Source of the DNA: a virus | Length of the DNA: 64,000 bases | IMG/VR virus record: IMGVR_UViG_3300024999_000075 | Span: 1 to 64,000 of that record | Strand: one strand, 5' to 3' | Part shown: positions 58,873 through 64,000 of the stretch, piece after piece | Layout: each line of letters opens with the position of its first letter | Position numbering within the stretch: the first letter of the stretch is position 1 | Translations under genes and position numbers: made by a program | The notes under the pieces: generated by a model | What the model was told of the DNA's origin: nothing | What the model saw: only the letters and a program-made list of their open reading frames with translations | Database searches by the model: none

Positions 58873-59520
58873 TTAAACGTGACTGAGTGTTAATTCCATA
58901 TCGGGATCGTGACCGGGCTGTGCCTTAAGCCACCTAAGATACTGATAAGGAACTTTATCAATCAACAAGCCACGATGCTTACCATATGGCATAGTTTTAA
59001 AGCGAAGCGGGCGTTTAAGCCATTCTAACAACTGCCACACATTCATACCACTACCTTCACTCATATAACAGAGCAGCCCCCACACATTTCTCACATCACC
59101 ATAAGTTCTATGCGAAATATACTTTGGCAGGTCACAATACGTAGCTAGCGTATCCAACTGGTGGTTTGGAGCCATCGGAAGTAATCTTCTGGCTAATCTC
59201 AGAGTACATATAGTACCCACTATGTTCATGTAATCCTTAACCAGAGGGTAATCATAAGGCACGTTATGACAGCATAAGATAACCTCACCACTTGGCCATG
59301 GCAGGTCCTTCAGTTGAGGGGCATCTACTATAGCCTCAGCTGAGATTCCATGTTTTGCCTCAGCCTCTGGAGCTATAGGAATGTCAGTGTGAACAAGTGA
59401 AGAGAACTCAGATATGATATCCAAGTCATCGCTGATCTCACACATACCTACTTCAACCACACCAATTGGATCTACCAACCCAGTGGATTCGCAATCCAGA
59501 ATTATGATGTGATCAGGCAT
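58873..59520 (-). CDS. DEDDh 3'-5' exonuclease (ExoX-like)
   Basis: LDCESTG, HNVPYD, HRTYGDV, MPYGKHRG...YLRW tail. Confidence 0.88.
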   Translation of the reverse strand: MPDHIIILDCESTGLVDPIGVVEVGMCEISDDLDIISEFSSLVHTDIPIAPEAEAKHGISAEAIVDAPQLKDLPWPSGEVILCCHNVPYDYPLVKDYMNIVGTICTLRLARRLLPMAPNHQLDTLATYCDLPKYISHRTYGDVRNVWGLLCYMSEGSGMNVWQLLEWLKRPLRFKTMPYGKHRGLLIDKVPYQYLRWLKAQPGHDPDMELTLSHV

Positions 59521-59773
59521 TTGACAGCTCTCCAATAACCTTTTCACAAGCATCATGCTTCTGTACAAACTCTTTCATCTTCAACTTACTGCGTGCCTCA
59601 GCATACTTCTTCACAGCATCAATCTCATTCTTACTGATACTGGGGTCCATCCGCCCAACCACCTCCTCGATCCTGATCTTGAACTCTTCCAAAGCTTCTT
59701 CCTTGTCAGTACCAATAAGAAACAACTCTTCTTCAGCTTCCTTAATCGTCAGTATCTTGATATCGTCTTCCAT
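59513..59773 (-). CDS. Hypothetical protein
   Basis: GAGGGAG RBS. Confidence 0.65.
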   Translation of the reverse strand: MEDDIKILTIKEAEEELFLIGTDKEEALEEFKIRIEEVVGRMDPSISKNEIDAVKKYAEARSKLKMKEFVQKHDACEKVIGELSNA

Positions 59774-59982
59774 GTTATTTCTCCCTCAAGTTAAATTCTA
59801 TCCATGTAATTTAATGGAAACCTACGTTTACCTGATTGTCTCTCTTCTTCCTTTCTTACACATTCAGGACACGCTGGTTCATCATAAGGTAAGTGCCTAT
59901 ACTTAATGATACCGAACGTCTCCCCTCTTTTCTGTTCTCTGCCGCACCTACATGTTGTTGGTCTCATGTTAGCCTCAATTCT

Positions 59983-60070
59983 TGGATGGCGTGCGCTGGA
60001 ATCGAACCTTCGCCTCCAGATATCCGTTCAAGGTAGCGCTACACCCTGTGTTACCAAACACCCAGATCCA
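59983..60070 (-). ncRNA. tRNA-like structured RNA candidate
   Basis: GGTTCGATTCC T-loop, GTGTT-TGGT-AACAC hairpin, TGGAT/ATCCA closing stem; no canonical cloverleaf. Confidence 0.35.
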
Positions 60071-60149
60071 CCAGGTACGCCAAATAAAAGTGGGCCAACA
60101 CATTGTCCAGAGCTGTTAGCTTAAGAGTATGTTGGCCCACTGGTTCAAA

Positions 60150-60962
60150 CTACATTGATACCGGAGTATACCCAGCGATCACATCCATTGGTACAGTCTC
60201 GAATATGAAGATAGTATAGTTGCCGCTATCTCCTGACTTTGGATCTGCCTTAAGTCGTATACAGTCCTGATGGGTAGCAGCCATTTGGCCTCGCATGATG
60301 AACAGTGGGGCTTGCATTGCGAATGCCTTGAGCTGCTTCATGGCGGTGGGGCTGATAGAGATCTGAACAATACCTAATCCTTGGGCCTTGTCCGAGTTAG
60401 CAGCAGCATTGAAAATCACTCCAAATATATCACGATACTTTGATGGGGGGTTGAATTCATAAACTGCTGAGGTCTTAGGGTTCATGAAGAGAGGTTTACC
60501 TTTGGTGTCAACAGCCTTCTGAATGGACTCAACATACGCCTCAATCGTGATGGAGTTTCCTTCACGGTCGATGATATTCTTGCCATCATAAGAGGCACGG
60601 CAGAGTTTCTTAGCTCCCTTATCGCTCTGGTCAGCAATAGGTGTAACCATCCAGCGATCAGAGAGAGACAAGCACTGCACATCAACGAAGTTCCCAAAGG
60701 TAGCTCCACCAGCACCAGAGACACAAGCCATACCGTTGGAGCCGACGATACGAGGAAACAAGTTCCCGAACTCTTCCGGGTTGAGTTTGTTTTCGAGGGA
60801 CATGAGGGAGGGGGCGATACGTTCTCCAGCTACGACGACATCAGCGGGAGGCTTTACAGCTACTTCTTTAGTTTCGGTCATAGTTTCTTCCTTCTTGGTT
60901 TCAGTTTCAGGTTCTTGGGTTTCGGTTTCCGGCATCTGTACTTTGTTAGTCCTTAATCCCAT
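60150..60962 (-). CDS. Replication-cluster protein, possibly ssDNA-binding
   Basis: 270 aa between helicase and polymerase, with upstream promoter-like sequence; function inferred from position. Confidence 0.5.
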   Translation of the reverse strand: MGLRTNKVQMPETETQEPETETKKEETMTETKEVAVKPPADVVVAGERIAPSLMSLENKLNPEEFGNLFPRIVGSNGMACVSGAGGATFGNFVDVQCLSLSDRWMVTPIADQSDKGAKKLCRASYDGKNIIDREGNSITIEAYVESIQKAVDTKGKPLFMNPKTSAVYEFNPPSKYRDIFGVIFNAAANSDKAQGLGIVQISISPTAMKQLKAFAMQAPLFIMRGQMAATHQDCIRLKADPKSGDSGNYTIFIFETVPMDVIAGYTPVSM

Positions 60963-61050
60963 GGTGTTAGTTTCCTTTCTTGGCTTTAGGTTGTTGGTTA
61001 GGTACTACTGTATAAATCTTTATAGTTCAGTTTGGGTTGGAAGTCAACTG

Positions 61051-61194
61051 TTATTCTTCTTCCTGAAACATTTTTATGGCTTCATCATAACCATCCCAGT
61101 TGTCTACTCCAGCCGCCCTCAGACAGTGGAGAAATTCCTGGTCTTCTATGAGTTCTTCATATTCTTCCATTGTTATTGTGATGTGTTCACTCAT
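61051..61194 (-). CDS. gp5.9-like (T3-type) putative RecBCD inhibitor, 47 aa (not in ORF track)
   Basis: MSEHITITMEEYEELIEDQEFLHCLRAAGVDNWDGYDEAIKMFQEEE; ATGA overlap with helicase stop. Confidence 0.7.
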   Translation of the reverse strand: MSEHITITMEEYEELIEDQEFLHCLRAAGVDNWDGYDEAIKMFQEEE

Positions 61195-62666
61195 ATTTCA
61201 CCTCTTAATTCTTTGAATACTTGTTCCCTTGTCTTGGGCTTATCTCTAATAACATTAGGTACAAGCCCACCCTTCATTGTCCCATCAGTATCAATCACTC
61301 TGGTTATCAAATCCTCCTTTTCAAGTACCCTCTTTAATAAAGTCTGCTGAATTGTCTTCCTCGCTATCAGAACAACAGCCACTACAGTCTTCAAGTTACC
61401 TTGCCTATGTGCTCTACCTACAAGTTGCTCATAATCTCTAGCAGTTACCGGAAGTTCAGAGCAAATCACCAAGTTACAGTTGGGGAAGTCCAACCCAACC
61501 CCGCCAGATTTTGGGTTGCAGGCTAGTCCCTTTAAAGTTCCAGCTTTGAATGCTGCTATATATGTATTTCTTTCCTTGGCATTTACCTCACCGTAACAAG
61601 CCCCAATACTATATCTCTCCTTCACCGCTGCATTGGTAGCCACATAGTTGTTGAAGATCAGATACTGTGAATCTGTCTTCACAAGGTTGTCAAGGATCTC
61701 GAAGCCCACAGAATCCTTACTGTATCCTATAGGGGATGGCAGCATAATAACTCTCTGCGCCCAGTGATAAATAGAGGTAGCATTCAACCCGTTTACCAAT
61801 TCCTCGTCAGGCATTTGGATATACCTCTCATCCAGCATCCTGTTATAAGCCTCCAGATGTTTTGGATCAAGATCATATTCGATTACCTTTTGAATAAGGG
61901 GTGGTAGATCCAGGTAATCTGAAGACAATCTCCTTGATGCTCTATGCATGAGGTTGTCTCGGAGTAGATCTACGTTCTTGTACTCAACTGGTTGGTTGAA
62001 GTGGTTCTCCTTGGCTACGTGCAACCTATAGAATTGACTGTAGTTATCATAGATTTCAGGCGTAAGTACTTTCACCAGCCCATATGCCTGTTCGGTTAAT
62101 GCTAAGGGTGTAGCTGTCAACAGGCAGCAACCCTCATTAATCTTTTCATACTGAATCTTTTCTATTACCGGCATCAATTTACCTGGAATTTTCTTTGTCT
62201 TTTCTATTACACCTCCTTGCAGTTGCTTGAATAAAAGGTTCTGAGGATTACAGAGGATTGTTGCTTCATCAACGATAAAATAGATTCCCTTCTGCTTGAG
62301 TAGATCTCTATCCTTCTGGAAGATTTGAAAACTCATAACTAAAAAGTCTGAGTCAGTATCTATCTTCTTCCTTTGAGCAGGAGTACCAACATACGCAGCA
62401 ACCTTCACTCCCATTTTGGTTAACACCGAAACCCACTGTGTTATGATCGAAGCTGGACAAAGAACATAGCAAGAGTCAAAGCCTGTCAGCAATTTATACA
62501 CTGCTATAAGCGCAGATATAGTCGTTTTGCCTAGGCCAACCCCGTGAAAACATGCAAAATTTGGTTCCAGTGCTCCCCTATTTATATCAATTACTTGATA
62601 ATCATGGAGTTTACCTCCCTTAAACGGTAGCTTCGCATGTTCAAGTACCATTTCAACGGGGTTCAT
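61191..62666 (-). CDS. SNF2-like superfamily II helicase
   Basis: GVGLGKT, IVDEAT, LTATP, GGVGLDF, QLVGRAHRQG. Confidence 0.9.
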   Translation of the reverse strand: MNPVEMVLEHAKLPFKGGKLHDYQVIDINRGALEPNFACFHGVGLGKTTISALIAVYKLLTGFDSCYVLCPASIITQWVSVLTKMGVKVAAYVGTPAQRKKIDTDSDFLVMSFQIFQKDRDLLKQKGIYFIVDEATILCNPQNLLFKQLQGGVIEKTKKIPGKLMPVIEKIQYEKINEGCCLLTATPLALTEQAYGLVKVLTPEIYDNYSQFYRLHVAKENHFNQPVEYKNVDLLRDNLMHRASRRLSSDYLDLPPLIQKVIEYDLDPKHLEAYNRMLDERYIQMPDEELVNGLNATSIYHWAQRVIMLPSPIGYSKDSVGFEILDNLVKTDSQYLIFNNYVATNAAVKERYSIGACYGEVNAKERNTYIAAFKAGTLKGLACNPKSGGVGLDFPNCNLVICSELPVTARDYEQLVGRAHRQGNLKTVVAVVLIARKTIQQTLLKRVLEKEDLITRVIDTDGTMKGGLVPNVIRDKPKTREQVFKELRGEI

Positions 62667-63819
62667 CTTCTTCCATCCTATCCCCAATCTCCCACAGCTC
62701 CAAGACTGTCTTGTCCGTCAGCTTACTCAGCAGCTGGAGATTGGTGTCATTGGATCTGTCCAGCAGTTCCGACTGCTGCTCGAACGCTTCTCGAAGGTGG
62801 GTGTAATGTTGTTTTTGAAAATGAAAACCTACAGCAGCGGCACAAACCGCTATCCCGACTATGCACCCAACAAGCCTATCGTTGTACTCATAGATCATAT
62901 ATGTCATCAAGGCACAGCCGAATATGAGTCCTCCTATTAAACCCATCATTTTAAATCCTCACAGAAAATTTCGCTGTTCTCTCTGTCTAAGCGGCAAAAC
63001 CATCTGGAGAAATCATCCTGCATCAGTCTCCAATCATTGAAGCTGAGGTTTGGGAATAACTTCTGGAACTGATCGAAGTCGAGGTTGTACGCCTTAACGC
63101 ACGCTTTCCTCACGATATCTGCTTTAGTCATAATTCAATCCTCCTGATCATCTCAATCACCACCTTACCATTGACAGGTATTGGCCTCCCATTGGCCACC
63201 GCCCACGTATAACTACGAGCAGCAATGATCTGGCGAAGACCATTTTCATCACCACCAAAGTATTTACAAAGCTTCAAATGCTTCAGGCTATTCTTCTTAG
63301 CCACTTCGAGGAACTCCAGGGGACTCAGGTTCCTCACCAAGCTCCCTACAAGTGTGTCCCCAATGTAGTTGGTCAGATCACTCCTTGCCTCTTCTATTGT
63401 TGAAAATTGAGCTGGTCTGTCGCCTTTTTTGACCCTCTGGTCCTCCCATAGATAAGGAAGCTTAGACGTAATAACAAGTAGGTTCCAAAGCTGAGGGTCG
63501 TTGACATGCTTCCGATCCCCCAGCCCTAAGATTAGCTCCTTCATCATCTTATTCTTGAATGGCAGGTTGATGCAATAATACTCTTGTGGATGGGGCGCAT
63601 AGTTGATCATCCCTTATCCTCCAGCCAACATAATAAGATCTTCTTATCCTCGATATCTGCGTGCCTTTTCCAAGTAGTAAATCTAATGCTGCTACACCAT
63701 TTAGGAAAGAGATCTTGGTCACACTGTTCAAAGCCTAAAAATTTTACATCCTTATCCAACCCATATTTAGCTATTTGTTTGTTTATAACTGCCCTTAACT
63801 CACTGAGCTTCATCCTCAA
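62653..63819 (-). CDS. Four hypothetical ORFs (62653-62949 membrane, 62946-63131, 63128-63610, 63607-63819)
   Basis: Overlapping co-oriented ORFs; no recognisable motifs. Confidence 0.6.
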
Positions 63820-64000
63820 TCCCCCCGGTATAAAACCACTCCTTAATTCTCTCCAAAACCTTCGCCTCGTTCCTATTGTACGCCATCCAGAACTTCATCC
63901 GAGGCATATACCTACCGTCAGGTCCAGTCAGATAACCGTCTGTCACCTCAAAGTATTCCGGCAGGTACTCATGATCAAATGTCAGTTTCTGTTCTGGTGA

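Noticed and set aside
1-64000. Stop-codon reassignment, introns or inteins in core genes
   Set aside because: Terminase, polymerase, helicase and capsid read through intact in the standard code; the endonucleases are free-standing

Overview
The window is most of a tailed dsDNA bacteriophage genome with siphovirus-type morphogenesis genes and no integrase or CRISPR visible. Layout: leftward small genes including a 54-bp-repeat solenoid gene that runs off the left edge (1-1.7 kb); Cro-like HTH, AEP/D5-type primase-helicase and a probable origin (1.8-5.6 kb); a leftward early operon (5.9-8.9 kb); an AC-rich non-coding block (8.9-9.4 kb); rightward packaging, head, tail and lysis genes with three inserted endonuclease genes and two signal-peptide-bearing large proteins (9.6-44.7 kb); and leftward DNA metabolism genes (dNMP kinase, ATP ligase, SbcCD, resolvase, PolA, exonuclease, helicase) that also contain a PHA synthase/depolymerase-like hydrolase and an orphan IS3 OrfA. 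The most unusual signal is non-coding. The early operon looks built like an rRNA operon: a sigma54-type promoter with an IHF-like site, a boxA element, a structured leader, and a 25-bp long-range stem enclosing the first ORF whose only mismatches are G-U pairs on the coding strand. Downstream genes are separated by terminators and repeated TAATTA-N4-TAATTR boxes. All calls come from reading motifs by eye; no database search or folding program was run.
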